DNA of 64,000 nt from Azolla caroliniana (taxonomy: Eukaryota > Plantae > Polypodiophyta): positions 2,728,001 to 2,792,000 of the forward strand of contig JBHGNT010000007.1 in assembly GCA_043228905.1 (NCBI GenBank), in the 5' to 3' direction. Under the pieces are notes generated by a model. It made no database searches and was not told the origin of the DNA. It saw nothing but the letters and a program-made list of their open reading frames with translations. Below are positions 32,035 to 46,600 of this stretch, piece by piece; positions within the stretch are counted from its first letter, which is position 1; each line of letters starts with the position of its first letter. Position numbers and translations under genes: made by a program.

Positions 32035-32440
32035 TTTATATCTATCATTTACTTTTGAGATCAGATGCACCACTACAACTTGATTAACATGATGAGGTTT
32101 CAACTTGAGAACATCTCTAATTTGAGGATATGATTGAGTATCTTGTCCTACAATATTAGAGAATGTGAATCAAATAATGTTACAATTTTGCAACGAGCTT
32201 TCCAAGGTTCAAGACTTCATGGACAATATACATGACTTGGAAGTTTTTGGACTTCTATATATGTGTATGAGTGATGTTGTACACGAATAGTGTACAACAT
32301 ACCTCAAATACAATTGTCTATAAATCAATATCCATAACAACAACATTAAAATCTTTATTGTATTCTATTTGTTCTAGACATTTGAAACTTTATTGTATTC
32401 TATTTGCTTTGCATCAATCTATCAAGGAGAGACATTGTTG

Positions 32441-34315
32441 CTACGGGAATGTTAAGTTGTGAATAAGACGAGCTCCTCTTGACTTTGCCACATACAAACC
32501 CATATGATGTGTAAGTTCCTAGTAAAAGAAATATAATCATATAAATGGAATTAAAGAAAGAGGACAGAACCTATCTAGAACCACAAACAAAAACGAACCA
32601 ACCTGTGGATGTGGCGATGCCCCAATCCCTCTTGCAATATTTGTCGGCAAATCATAGGTTGAGCACCCTTTAATGTACACGAGGACTTCTTCAAGTGGTG
32701 ACAAAATACCATGATTTCTTGCAGATAACACAGTAACCACAAAGTCCATCACACATATATCGGTGCATATTCCGACTACGAGCATCTGTCCACATTCAAC
32801 CACTCATTATCCATTAAGCCCTTTTCATCCAATTGCAATATATAGAAAACCAATAACTATACAATGGCATAGGTAAAAGAGAAGAGAAATACTGTCTGAA
32901 CATTGTTTTTCTTCACCCAATCCTCTACTAAATTGCTCCCATCCGGCTGAATCCCACCAATGTAACCGTTAATGCAATCCTTTTGCATGAGGAAGGCATT
33001 CTTATCATGATGCAACCATTGCAAATCTGTGGGAAATATAGGAGCGAATGCGGCAAGATTAATTAATGAGGATACAGTGGTATAAACATTCTATAATGAA
33101 ATCCGTGTATATGGGCTTTGTATCTTCCAAAATATCTAGATACATGTATTGTCATGATTATGGTAGGATGGGACATGCAACAAATTCATTTCTACTCCCG
33201 TACAGACATGCAAAACATTATGCCAATAATCCATCAGAGACCCCTATTTGTGGGAGACGGAAAACACAAAGACAAAGAATGCGAAAAAAGAAGAGCAGAA
33301 ACCTTCAGATTAGTGTTACATGTGGCTATTCCATTATGTATATATGTGGATGTTCCAGTATTCCATCGTATATGAAGGTAGCCACGGTGTGTGATTGAGG
33401 GAGTTCTCAAGCATAAATTCATCTTCTTGAGGAAAATTAGCATTTTCTAGATTCAACAAGCATCTCAATGGTGTATTCCATCTTATCTCTAGGTGGTCAT
33501 GACGAATGAGCAACAATATAAGACGAGAAGGGAACCCTCAGGTATCAAACCATATTTTTTACACAATAGTTCAGTCTCATAGACTCTGCATATGGTATTC
33601 AACCACGTGATATATGTGTCCATATGTGTAAGCAAGGAAACTGAAATGAAAGAATGCAATATTTCATTCTGTAAATGGAACAATTTCTCTTCTACATGCA
33701 AAAGTTAATCTCCAAAATGCAAGAATTCGGAGATTTCATCTCCTAGATTCAAAAAATCAGGGAGAAAAGAAGTAAGTACCTGGAACAAGTTCATCTTCAC
33801 CAGTTCCTTTGATACAATGAGGTGGATATGGTGGTTCGAGTCTGTCAGGATAATGAGAATCTATAAGGGCAAGAATCGGCCAGTTGCGTGCAGAGAATTC
33901 TCTAGCCAATTTGTCAGTCTCCTTCACCATCTCAGAAATCTGTTCGTTGGGACATGTCGGAGCCTGCAAATTTTGAAGGAAGAAACAGCTAGAAAGAGGG
34001 ATCAGAGATAACCTCAGAGGAACACAGAGAGCGACAGAGAAAGAGGATCAGATCTCGTCGTAATCAACAACCACATCATCCATGGCAGCAAAGACAACAA
34101 AACTCTAACTTTCATCATCATCAACATGAGCATCACCAGAAGAAGAAGAAGAAGAAGAAGAAGAAAAACATCACCAGATTTCCGCATCCGACAGAGCAGA
34201 ATCCATTGACTTCATCGACGATGACGAGACCAACTGCCTGAGAAGGAGGGAGCGTGAAGCTTTCGGGGTTCAGGGGAAGCTCGTCTCGGATCAGGTCTAA
34301 GAGATTCGGTCCCAT
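32441..34315 (-). CDS. NIC1: Nicotinamidase (isochorismatase-like family), 5 exons, 239 aa
   Basis: Exons 34315-34175, 33963-33780, 33026-32893, 32785-32603, 32518-32441 (720 nt). Motifs VDEVNGFC, DSHYPD..EPPYPPHC, KDCING, GICTDICV. Confidence 0.93.
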
Positions 34316-34395
34316 GTCTGTCTGTCTGTATCAGTTCGCGCGTCTCTGCCTGTTCCGGTATTTACCAGAATACCCTCCTCCTCGGCCGATTAGTC

Positions 34396-34480
34396 TTGAC
34401 TTGGCTTGACTTTGTTCTAATTTCTCATGACCAGGTCAATTACATTGACTGGCGTTTAACTATGAAGAAACACCCACGTG
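34396..34480 (-). promoter_or_regulatory. NIC1 proximal promoter: four W-boxes and a G-box
   Basis: TTGACT at 34396, 34406 and 34445; GGTCAA at 34434; CACGTG at 34475-34480; 80-165 bp upstream of the ATG. Confidence 0.55.
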
Positions 34481-36188
34481 CAGTGTTGGCAAAGTCCCAG
34501 GAAAAGTGTTAGCGTTCCGGTTGGGTTGGGACATTTGCCGGTCAATGTTGGGGAGAGCCATAACTGATTCCCGCTAAAATTTCCCCAAAACTGGAATCTA
34601 GCCGGTTAATATTTCTGTAACCGGCTATTTATGCATTTGTTTTTTTAAATAATGTTAAAAAAACCAAATTTCCCTCTTTCCCCCTCTTTCGTTGTGTTTT
34701 TCCCTCTTTGTTTCCCCCACTCTTGAATCCCTCTTTCTCCTGTTTTCCCTCTCTTTTCATGTTTGTCTGTATTACCTCTTCGTGATTGCCAGTCCCTACG
34801 ACTTGAGAGTTGAGACTTGACAATCCATGCACAGGTAATCTCATATATTATCAATTGTTTACAAATATTGACATCAATTTGTACATTCGTTGGGCACCTG
34901 ACTAATTCTAACAAATCCTCTATTCGTTATGAAGAAGAAAAAACGGTGGAGGAGGAACAACAACAGTGGAGGTCGGGTATGATGCATTATTTAATTAATT
35001 AGTGTTAATTTAGTTAATAACTAGTCTCTGTATAAAAAAATTAGAACATAGAGAGAGAGAGAGAGAGAGAGAAAACCCCGTCTTACTTGGCTTCCCCTAT
35101 TGTTGGATATGGCGAGCTTTTGTGTGCATATATACATATATGCATAACAACCTAAATATGAAGAAGGAGAAGGAGAACAAGAACAAGAACAAGGTGATGG
35201 TGATGGTGATGGTGATGATAATGGGGATGGATTTGTGTAAGGGAAATTGTTGAGTTTCTTGATGTGTAGATTCTACCACCCTACATGTAGTATAATGCAA
35301 CATTGTCAATACCACTCCCTTCGCTAGATGTTCTTTTTGTTATTACCTAAGCTAAGCTACCCATAGACACAACATGGACACACACACACATACACAGCTT
35401 CAAGATACCATTATCGACGATGCCTCCACCCAAGGTAGACTAGATTTAGTATGTGTTGTAAGAGAACACAAGAAATATGTGTGGGATTCAGAAATGACCA
35501 TTGGTAAAGACATAGAGATCATTCAAAGCCATCATGCATCAATGTTGTGTTGAGCTCAAGTTCTAACATCAAGATTGATTGATTGAGTGTGTGTGTGTGT
35601 GTGTGGAGAATGTATGTGGAAGCCATTTATAGTTGGTTTTTCAAAATCTAGTTGATTGGCAGTTGGTGAATCACCAACTTCCCCACTTCAAATTGTAGCA
35701 TTGGAAGATATTCAACATTAGCATCCAAAATGTATCGCAAAGCTTTTCAAACATTCTAATTTTGAGTATCGATAACCAAAGTACCAAATGCCATGATTTT
35801 TTGCTTGGATAGGAGAGGCTAATTTCCTAGAAATGTATATGTACATTGTAAACAACTTAGATGTAAACGAGATATGAATAATATTGAAGCTTGAAATATT
35901 TGTGTGGTTGCCAATGACATCTGATATCGAGCCTCAAAATCAAGTCTTTGGCCATCACAATGGTAAATGGTTCATTAAGAAAACATAATGTGATAAAAGC
36001 TTGTGAATTTGATTAAGATGTTTCATTAGTTTGATATAATTGGATGTGGCAAAAAAATAAAATTTGAACATGTTCTGATTGACATTATCACTCGTAGGAA
36101 AGTGGCCGGTTAAAAATTTTAATTTCCAATTAGGATCATAAGTAGTAGGAAAATTTCCGGTAAGGTCTAGTGACTTTGCCCAACACTG
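34481..36188. mobile_element. Non-autonomous hAT element (1.7 kb)
   Basis: TIRs CAGTGTTGGCAAAGTC / GACTTTGCCCAACACTG (one-base indel). Perfect 8-bp TSD CCCACGTG at 34473-34480 and 36189-36196. No intact ORF; contains microsatellites. Confidence 0.9.
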
Positions 36189-37961
36189 CCCACGTGTGAA
36201 TAATCCCTTGGAGTCAAATATCGGCACAAGTCCATGTGCCCACCACCACACATGAGAGATTATGCAGTTCATTGCAAGGAAAAATGGGTTCACCCCAAAG
36301 TAGCTTAAATGAAAATGCTCAAGAAGACGCATGAAATGCCGCAACAAGAGTTTGTGGCCAAAATTGTTTTTCATGGGAACACAATAATCATTCGAGACTT
36401 GGGATTTATGAAAGCCCTTAAAATCTGTTGGTGCCACCATCATTTAGGTTTTGATCATTTGGTTATTAGTGCTGAAACCCCCCATCTTTAAATTATATTT
36501 TCTAGGTCACAAGTTTGTGTTCTTATTTAACTTCTAAACCTCAGCTAAAGTAACATGAATCTACTAGTTGGCTTTAAGGTCTCTACAAATCATATTACAA
36601 TTTGAAGTGCACCCTTTTGTTTTTCCTATCACTCAAAAACAAGGAAATGGATAGTTAGCCAACCTCAGTTATATCTGTCACATCGACAGGAAAATCAATA
36701 TTGCCAAATAAAATTTTCTTTCAACCTACAATATTTTGTGGTACTCTACAAAGATCATCGAACAATACTAGTTTTTCAAAGTCTAATTGTACCACAATAC
36801 CTTGACACCCAACACAATCAAACACAACCTTATATGATGGTGAGGGTAAAGTTCTCACTCACTGAGTGAAGGCCATCTACAAAAATTACCCCAAAGTTGT
36901 GCGACATCAACCCAAACAACTTTAGCATTTGAGCATGTAAGGACATTGTGTTTGATATCCTCCTTTATCATTTCAAAATTTGTGTGTGCCACTTTGATGC
37001 ATGTCATCGTTTTTAAGTTGCTATTAAAGGCAAGCTACTCGCCATTTGTTGCCAAAAAAACAAATTCACATGGAATGGACAATGAGAACTACATACTGTA
37101 TCAAACATTGGATTCAAACATTGTATGCATCAAGTATTCTGTCATTTAAAAGTTTTTCCCTTCCTTCATCTTTGCCATCTTTCTTGTAACCACGAGGTAT
37201 GATTATCACGGGAACTTATTCGAAACAATCAGAAATTAGACATAGATCATATTCAATAACGACAAGACATATGTTTTTTTCTCGTTGAGAAGACAATCAA
37301 TAACTTTGTTCATCGAAGAACATAACGTCATGTCAATCAAAATTCCCTCCCAAAAATTGGAACAAAGAGGGAGAGGTATCATGAGAAATTTCGAAAATGA
37401 GAGGGCATTAATATGAAGATGTCAGTTATGTAGGTCTAAAAATGTCAAGTGAATCAGTAAGAGATAGAGATAGAGACAAACGACAAGAGTGAGGATTTCC
37501 TTCAACAAATTCAAACTCACGAAGTAGAGAACCCGAGAGTTGGCGAGATCCCTATAGAACCCCCAAGACACACAGGGGCATGTACATTCCACAAATCCAT
37601 GTACCACCGCAGAGAGGGGTATTGCGGGAAAATAATAAATCATTCGAGTATGGTAAACACCCTCAAAGAATGGTAAATATCATTCTTTTGGATTAACTAT
37701 TTATTATGAGGTAAATAAACCTAAAAGAAGGGGGAAAAACAAAAAAAAAACACAAGAATGTTTGATTTATATTCGCATTCGTTTTCCAACGTAGGAAAAC
37801 GAATGTTATGCTAGACGAACACGAATTTTACGTACTAAGGGGTAATCAAGTTGTCCGGACAAGTGTGAAACCTGCAGAGACCGCGCGAGCGAGCTAGGTT
37901 TTCTTCCACAGACACAGACACAGACACAGGCAGCTGCAGAGCTAGAAGGATCATCATCGCC

Positions 37962-40900
37962 ATGGGAGGGGATCACCACGCAGGAGGCCATGGACATGGT
38001 CATGGACACTACCCTGGGTATCCTAGCAATGTTTGGAGTATGACGGGGGGATGGTATTGTAACCCTCGCCATTGGCGTCGCAACACTGCCATCGCTCTCT
38101 CTGGCATCTTCTTGGTCTGCATTCCCATTGCTATGAAGTCAATTGAATTAGAGGTAAATGATACTTATTTTAGATCGTTTAGCCATCAATCTTCATATTT
38201 TTTCTTCTTCAACACATAAACAAGTTTTGTCTTTTCTCTGCATTTGTTCTCCATGAATCCTGTTGAATTAGATGGCATAGAATTTGCAGTGTACTCATTG
38301 TATATTTTCCGGGACTTTTTTATGCCTGTAAAAGAGAAACATTGGAAAGAAGACACGAAGATTTACTGTCGGACATGGCTAAAAAAACAAGAAAACATGA
38401 TATTAATCTTGGCTAAACAGGATGCTTGAATAATCCAAAGAGACCATAATAAGAAAAACTATTAAAGGCTTTCTGTCATCCCTAATTCTGTAAGCTCTTT
38501 TGGATTATCATACCATGCTGTTTAGCGAAGTTTATATATGTTTTTGTTGTTTGTTTAGCCATTTCTGACCGTCAATCTTCATGTCTTACCAAATTTTCTG
38601 ATTTACCTTTTTGTCTGCTTTCTGATCACAATTAATTCTACTGAATTAGGAATGACAAGGATACTTTCATAGGTTTCTTGTTATGATCTCTTTGGATTAT
38701 CTAAGCCTGCTAAATTGGTTAAAGTTTTTTTCTTTTCTGTATCTCGATTCACCTAGTCTTTACACTATGATTGTTTAGCCATGGATCTTGATGTTATTCC
38801 TCAACACTCATTTATAAATATTTGTGTCAGTTTGCATTGATGAAGTCCGTTGACTTGGGTTGGGAGAGATTCACGGTTTCCTTTCACGTGTTTTTTTATG
38901 ATATAGCCATGCGAAACAATATTTCTTTCAACGTTACTCGTTAAAAATATCTCATTGACTTTACCGTGATTGTCAGGGAGTCCCTTGATTTCGAGGTAAG
39001 AAAATTTCAGTTCACTTTTAGGTTTTCTTTCATTTTTCTTGCCATTTCAAGACGCATGCATGGCAATCGATGTTTTTTGTTAAACAATTATATGATAAAG
39101 CTTTCTCTTTATCTGCATTCGGAATGTCATGAAGCTCTTTGAATTTAGAAAATTTCCACTCTTCTCCTATGTTTTTTGTTAGTCGTCATATTTCTCTTCG
39201 TTTGTTGTTGTCTCTGTTTTCCAAACACAATGAATCCTTTTACATTAGAGGTGAGAGATTTCATTGTTAATTTTTACGTTTTATTGGTGATTTAGCCTCA
39301 CCAACTAGTGAGACTTTGCGAATTTTATGCTAAAATATGCATTGGATTGCAATGAAATCCCATGAATTAGAGGCGAAAGAGAGTTTTTGCAGTCCTTTTT
39401 CTTCAACATTTATTGTAAACTATTTCTGTTCTTGCACTCTGATCGCTATTAAAATCCGTTTAATTAGAGATGAGATTAGAGAGGAGAGTATCTTTGTGGG
39501 TTATGCCATGGAGTCAAAAGGCATGTACTCTTTATCACTTGGGTTGGAAGAAGATACTAAACAAGAAGCTGGAATTTATTTGGAAGTCCATTTGTTGTAG
39601 ATTTGAATGGAATCCATCCTAGGGACTATTGCAGATCATACTGATGATGAGCAAAAGAGTAAGAGATCAAGGAGAATGATAGATTAAGGGTGCTTAAACA
39701 CACCTATCACCCTGAACGAAAAATACCACGCGGTTCCATAACCACCAAATTGTACCTTATGTTATAACTTGGATGTTGAATAATGGATCTGAAGAAGAGG
39801 GCTCAGGCTCACCAATAGAGTCTCGACAACACCTCAATATGTCATAATGAAGGGGATAGCGAGTTCTCTTTTATGTGTCTCAACATTGAAGGCTGCAGAC
39901 CACTATGTGTTCCACATGTCATAAGCCCATCTGGGTTTGTCCCAGTTCCTAGGATAACTGGTTATGCCTATAACAGGGACAAAGAGAGTCTGATAGATTG
40001 GCCCAGACCAAAGTGCAGAGAATTAAGGAAGTACCTTCAATATGGCAGCAACTTTTTTTCCATCCTAATATAGTATGGACCGTAGAGATTTGGAAATTGT
40101 GAAAAGAAATATCAAGATGCCATGGGGACTCAGCAAATATGCATGCAATATGTAGAATGTAAGACATGTAGAGATATAACATGGTCAGTCCATGCTAGCA
40201 TTTTGACATTTATACCATGCCATATATATTTAAGCTTAAGTTTTTAGAAGACTCTGGTTCTTTTGATCGACGGAATAAAAGGTTATAACTTTCTCACATC
40301 TAGTATATGTAGAGGTTCTTGTGCTACAAGCTATTTCATTCAAACAATAATGGTGCTCGAGATTTTCAAATTATTGATGGAATTACTTACTATCATGGTT
40401 GATCATTCTTGTTTTGTGATTTATCATGCTTACAAATCTGTGTGGCATGAGTTGTGTCTTGCATGATAATGTATTCTTGATAATGGTTGTCTGTTCAGGT
40501 CACGAGCATACAATTGTTTGACTATAGGTGAGAGATTTGTGACCGTTAGGGCAGGCCTTGTGACTATTTTGAAAAACTATGGTGTAATGCTGGTTGTGAT
40601 GATTACTTTAACTTAAAATGTGCAAGCCACTTCTATCGGGGAAATAATGCATGTGAAATTCTGCACCACAACGTGATACATCACATTCTGTTGGAAGAAG
40701 AAAAAGAATCCACTTTCTCAATGGGAACACAATGCTTTTATAAGCTGAACCACTGACCCTTGATTGAATTGTAAATATAATCATCTTCAGGCAGGGCTAA
40801 GAAGCAAGAGAAATATTAAAGATCATCAAGCAACTTTTAAGATGCCAAAATGTTCTAGGAGACTGAATGAGAGATCACATCTTAAAATGCTGTCTTGTCT

Positions 40901-41836
40901 CTGAGAACAACTAACCAAAATGTATATAATTAATCAATATAACTGCCTAAGTTACTATAGAGTCTCATTAGCAAAACACAGACCATTCTGAAACTTCTGT
41001 TTCCTTAAGGTATGTAACATGGAACAATGCAGGATGGAGAGGTCTTTGAAGTGAAGAAAACATCTCCGATGCTGGGTGATAATAGCCTTTTGTCAATAAC
41101 AAGGGTGGCAGGGTTGTAGTCCAGATGGAAGTGGCTTATGTTTACAACAAATTTCTATTCCCTAATCTACTGTTTAACTCCTTGTGAGTATTGTGGTCCA
41201 AACCCTACTTATTTGCCCTTGATTGAGTTGTAACTATAGAAGGAGTGAGTTCTAGCAAGAACAGTCCCAAGCACTGTTGGTGGTGGTATTCCATTACTCT
41301 GTAGTGAACGGAAACTTTGTTTGAAGATGCTGTGATCTCAGCCACTCTTCCATGATCACTAAATTCCCATGAACTAAATAAATAAAGCCTCCTCTTTTGT
41401 GTGAATGTTGGTTTACATTGCTGATATATCATTAATTTACTTTTGATATTGGGGCTGCTCCCATCCCTGCGTGGATCATGTAGGCAATAGCTGAGGCTAA
41501 AGATCTCCTTATATCTGTCCAATTATGTGCCCTTTGAAGACTTTGTCCCCAATATGATCACCTTAAATCTATCCAATTATGTCCCCTATGAAGACTTTGT
41601 CCTCACTCTAAGAATATCTGTCATTTTTCAAAACTTCGTATGCCACAAACAAGTAGATTGTTCGTAAAAGTTTATCGTAACTAATGAGGCCATTTTACTC
41701 GTATGTGGTCGTTTTCAAGTTGCTGTATCATCCTGGTATATGATTTGCGGTTTTGTTGCAGGAACATTCACCACCTCCTGTTCGTCCTATACCATCCCAA
41801 TGGTTCAAGAAGGTTGAAGCATCACCATCCAAGTAG
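37962..41836 (+). CDS. NDUFC1: Mitochondrial complex I accessory subunit, plant KFYI/NDUFC1-like, 88 aa; exons 37962-38153 and 41762-41836
   Basis: MGGDHHAGGH..VWSMTGGWYCNPRHWRRNTAIA..IPIAMKSIELE|EHSPPPVRPIPSQW. Donor GAG|GTAAAT, acceptor TTGCAG; 3.6-kb intron. Subunit name from recall of the plant family. Confidence 0.82.
38110..39480 (+). repeat. Degenerate ~120-bp tandem copies of the exon 1/intron 1 junction
   Basis: Recurrent TGCATT..ATGAA.TC..TGAATTAGAG and GTTTAGCCAT blocks at ~38240, 38620, 38830, 38975, 39112, 39228, 39337 and 39433. Confidence 0.7.
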
Positions 41837-43673
41837 AGCATTCATGTGCTATAATTTTAGAACCTTTTGGTTTATCAGTAAATTCCTTTTGGTTGTTATT
41901 TGCCCTGTTGCACATGGGGAGCATCATGGTTTGCTTTGTGGTACCAGTATAATTTTATAGTTACGAATAATTGTTCAATGCTTTCCAAGTGATCGAAGCT
42001 CACAATATCGTCAATTTGGCCGATACAAGCATTGCAATTGTATTTCATTTGTCATATAGAGGCTGATTATTAAGCTATTTGTTTGTCACGCCATGAAATA
42101 GGATGAAGCTCGTGAACCTACCAAGTTACTGGAGTAGGTTTTTAAAATTGGGAAATCAGAAATAGTCTTAAAATAATTATATCTTATTCAAAAACTTTTG
42201 AGTGAGGCATGCTCTCTTATCTTATGCACAATTTGTTGATTACATTCTTAACTATTAAGTGGTTAATGAAGCGGTGAAGTGGATTAAAAAATAAACCTCA
42301 CTAGCATAATTTATTGCATTACTTTTAAAACAATTTAGTCTCTTTGATTACTTCCATTACGATGCTTAATAATTGAAACTGTTTTGTTAAACTTTCACTA
42401 ACTGATACTTCGTGGACTCTTTCACTGTTTGAGAAATTATCGTGATCTGTTGTGCAATTAAAGTCCTGAATTACATTATGTGATCTTAGTAAGGCATATT
42501 TATAGGTTAAATACTAGAAAAGCTGCCAAAAAATGATTTGTAAAACAAAAAATTGTGTATGGAAAATCCACGAACCATTGAATTATGAAATACTAAGCTT
42601 ATCATATTTATATGTTGCAAGCTTATGAAAGTTGCCAAAAAATGATTTCTGAAGGAGAAGCCCTACTGACATCCAAAATCTATATATTAAATAAATAGTA
42701 TTGAGATTTTAATTCACACTTTTCACATGAAGTAAAGGTCTTGTCCTGAAACATTAAATATTTAGTATTGAGATTGGATCAGTGCAATGTTTAAAGCATC
42801 TTATAGTTTTTAAGAAAGTAGAAGTATCTTGTAGTTTTTATGGCTGTATGACATGCATCATGAGGTATTGTACAGGAGAATTTGAACCTATTTATGAGTA
42901 AAACAAAGGAATATTTTAGGGGTCTTTCAGCTTAATTAGAACCCTACTGCAGTGCACAGGTCAATAGGCGCAGTTCTTTATCACAAAGTGATTTTAAGGT
43001 CACAGAATCAACTGTCCATCTCTCTTCTGCTTATCGGACCTTATGTATGCATTCAATTTTTATACAGGATTCGTTCCATATTGATCAGAATGTATGGTAG
43101 ACCCTAAACCCTCAATAGGTTAACTAAAGCAAAACACACAAAAATACATACTTTCCTTGGTTTTTATTCAAAACCACCTTGTAAGCTACAGTGTACAAAT
43201 TTGATAACCGTAATGGATTGATCAATCCTCAATTCAGTACTCTGCTTCTCAAGATCAGTCATGCTTTCACACCTAGTAATTTCGAGAGGTGTGACCAACA
43301 AATAATAGAGTTACAAAAAGATACACTTTCTTGAAATTACTGGAAAATTGCATTACACTGCACCTGCTGCTGTGAACATATCAAGGAAAAAATTCACAAT
43401 TATGGATGTATGAAGTCTTTGATTCTGACCAAAGTTCCTTGTAGAGTGAAAGCTTTTGAAAGCTTTATCCATAAGTTATTCAAATTTCAAACTTTAAGCA
43501 TGAATTGCAAAGTTATTATAAGATTAATATCAAACAGCTATTTTCGTTACACTGCACGTGCTGCACTGAACAAATCGTCTTTCATTACGATCAATGTTTC
43601 TTGTAGAGTGAACGCTTTATCCATAAGTTATTCAGTTTTCAAAGTTTAAGCATTTTGGATTAATGTCAAATAG

Positions 43674-46600
43674 CTATTTTGGTGGTATCCACTTCTCATA
43701 AACATCTGTTCTCTCCTTTCTCTTTGCAACCCTATTATCAAGTTAAAAAGTTTCCATGTCTTCACTGATTGATGTATATATCCAAAAGGAACTAAATAAA
43801 TGAGTGCTGCTACTGCAAAATATACATACATGTCATTATCTGGTTTTTGAAAGCTGCTTTTCTCGGCTGTGTTAGAACTGGTAAGTAAATAACCCATTCC
43901 AGATGTTAGCATGCATTATGAATAAAAGCTATGCAAGACATAGAGGCAAATGTAAACATTCCATGACAGTACAAAGATGCTGCATATGTATGCATATTCT
44001 ATTATTGATCTAAATGCCGCACGCAGTTTGATAGGGATGGCATAGATCCCCAAACATTAAGATGTCCAATGTGCCATTTTCTCTTTGAAATGTGTGTATG
44101 CACCTAAACTGGCATACACTCCACAAGGAGACAAAACATAAGCTCAGAACAGTAAACTCTCACTCTGGTAGGGATAGATTAAAACCCTAAACCCTTTGTA
44201 CCTAAAGATATCCAAATATACTGATTTCTCTTAGCATATACTGCATATCTTCTTTATAGACCTAAAACAGGACATACATGGCAGAAGGACTCCCAAAATA
44301 AACTGTAATCCTGGTAGAGACAAAATTTGAAGGACCAAATATATCCTCAAACCCTTGGCCTCTACAATACATGGGTTTCTTTTTAGAGTGTGATGTCGAT
44401 GATCATCTTCAATATTGATGATTCATAAAGGAACATACATTGTTATACATGGCAAAAAGATTAAAAAACCTAACCCTTCGACTCATAAAAATGAAATTTG
44501 AAGTATAGGGAGTATCGTAAGCCAGTTGCTCCCTAATCGATCTTAGACAGATACCTCAATGAGTGTTTCGCATTATGATTAATAAATCTGTTGGCAGCCT
44601 CTCACAATGGTAAGCATAAATGTAAACAAGGTAGTGGATGCTATAATTAGCTCTACAATGTGCGTCCACTAAGTGTAATGGCATGGAGATAGCTTTGTTA
44701 CATGTGGATCCTATGGTGGAGAGGTGTATGACAATCAAAATCTCACCTTTGATATTGGTGTACATAGTAGCAGATGCTGTAGTTTCTCTACTGTATGTGC
44801 TTCAAATAAGTGAAATAGCATGGAACTGGCCTTGTTACATGTGGATTCTACAGTGGGGTGGGGTGAGGCAGAATAAAAATATCAACTTCGATACTGGTGT
44901 ACATAGACATACAGAATTTGTAAAACTATTGAAGCAAAGGATATATTTTACATAAATTATAAAAGGTTTAAACCTTAATCTCGATGCTCCTCACATTTGG
45001 CATGTGATTTAAAATTTTACTAGTTTATTTCAACCAAACTAGACGAAGAAAATTGGCTGCTTTCTTGAGAGCTATATGTGAATATATAAAACTTACCGTA
45101 GTTCACAGTACAATTTATAGTTACGCATGTAAAAATACACATGTAAATTATTATGATTTTAGTCTTAAAAGCAAGCAGAGAATTTACTGACCTGTCACTT
45201 TGATCAGGTAATGCACCTCCTCCAGAAGCTTCAGGAACAAAACTCCTTTCCCCTGTTGTACACATGAGCCATTATTGAAATAGTTCTATCATACATATCT
45301 TTAACTAGTCAGAAAAAGTCAAAAACTATACCTTCGTTGTATTTAGCACCTTCCAGTCCAGATATTTGTTTGATAAAATTGTTCATATCTGGTGCTTTTA
45401 TATCATCTATAAATTTATAAATTTTAATTTAGCCTAACAAAACTTTAAATATTTTTAAAGAAGGGCAAGTGCAATACTACTTGAATCATTCAAAGAACAA
45501 CTCCCAGGAAAGTTCCTGGCATAACCATTAATACTTTGACACAGGTTAAGTCATTGACTAGTATTTGAGACATTTATGCATGTTTCAATACATATCATAA
45601 CAGGATAGTAAATCAAGAAAAAAATGAACTAACCTTTAAGTACATCTTGTTGAAGACTCCTCAACCTGAACCTCCTTTTTTCTTCTTCCTTTTTGACAAC
45701 TTGATATCAAAGAATTAGATTATGTAAAAACTCTGTACTCTATGAATAATTTAGAAATGCAGGCTTTAAACCATACAACCAGAATCTTCTACCTTCGGAC
45801 AACTTATTCTCAAAGACCTGGATTTGCAAACAGAATTTCTTACTCTATGATTCAATAAGACATGCAAGCTTTCAATACTACGATTGGAGATACGACATTC
45901 TATACTCTAATATACCAAGATATAAATCAACATTTGGAACATTCTTGCAAATTTCTACTTGTCCATGCTTGCCTTCTACAAATTAATAGATTCAAAATTT
46001 GGATCACTCACACTAATGGTTTCCTAAACCCGTTTCTATGGATCTCAACATAGTGACTGCAAAACAATATTGTGAATAGTCATAGATATTCCAAATGTTT
46101 GGATGTTGAGGAAGCTGTATTAAAGACTTTTCAAAATCAACCTATTTTAGAAAACATTCTTCCACGAGATAGCATTAGACTTTCACATAAGTTTCTCCTA
46201 GAATTGAAGGGATAGTCCAATGTCATTATCTTAATCATAAGAAAGTGAAATCACCAAACTTAGGATGTTATCCACAGATATCAAAATGCATATCTTATTT
46301 CAATCTTCAGAAGGATTAATCAGGGCTATCGTCAATTTATCATTCATTCAGACAACCCCCTTTCTTCTAACCTGAAGATTAAAGTACAAAAGGATGGTGA
46401 GTACTTGCAGCGTTCATTTTGACAAGTTTGCGGTGGGCTTCCAATGCCATGATCTCCTGCACAGTTTGAAATTAAATCAATATTTTCCTCCAACCAATAG
46501 TGTAATTAAGTCGATAAAATAAAATAGCATCCCTCCTAACCTCTGCGGTGGGAGCTTCCTTCCTTTGCCCTATTAACCAACTATACCATTCAACTGTAAC

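Noticed and set aside
31621-32083. Repeat-protein ORFs in three frames
   Set aside because: They are a by-product of a 24-bp satellite inside a MITE.
39480-41600. Possible LINE fragments in the KFYI intron
   Set aside because: Too decayed to assign without a profile search.
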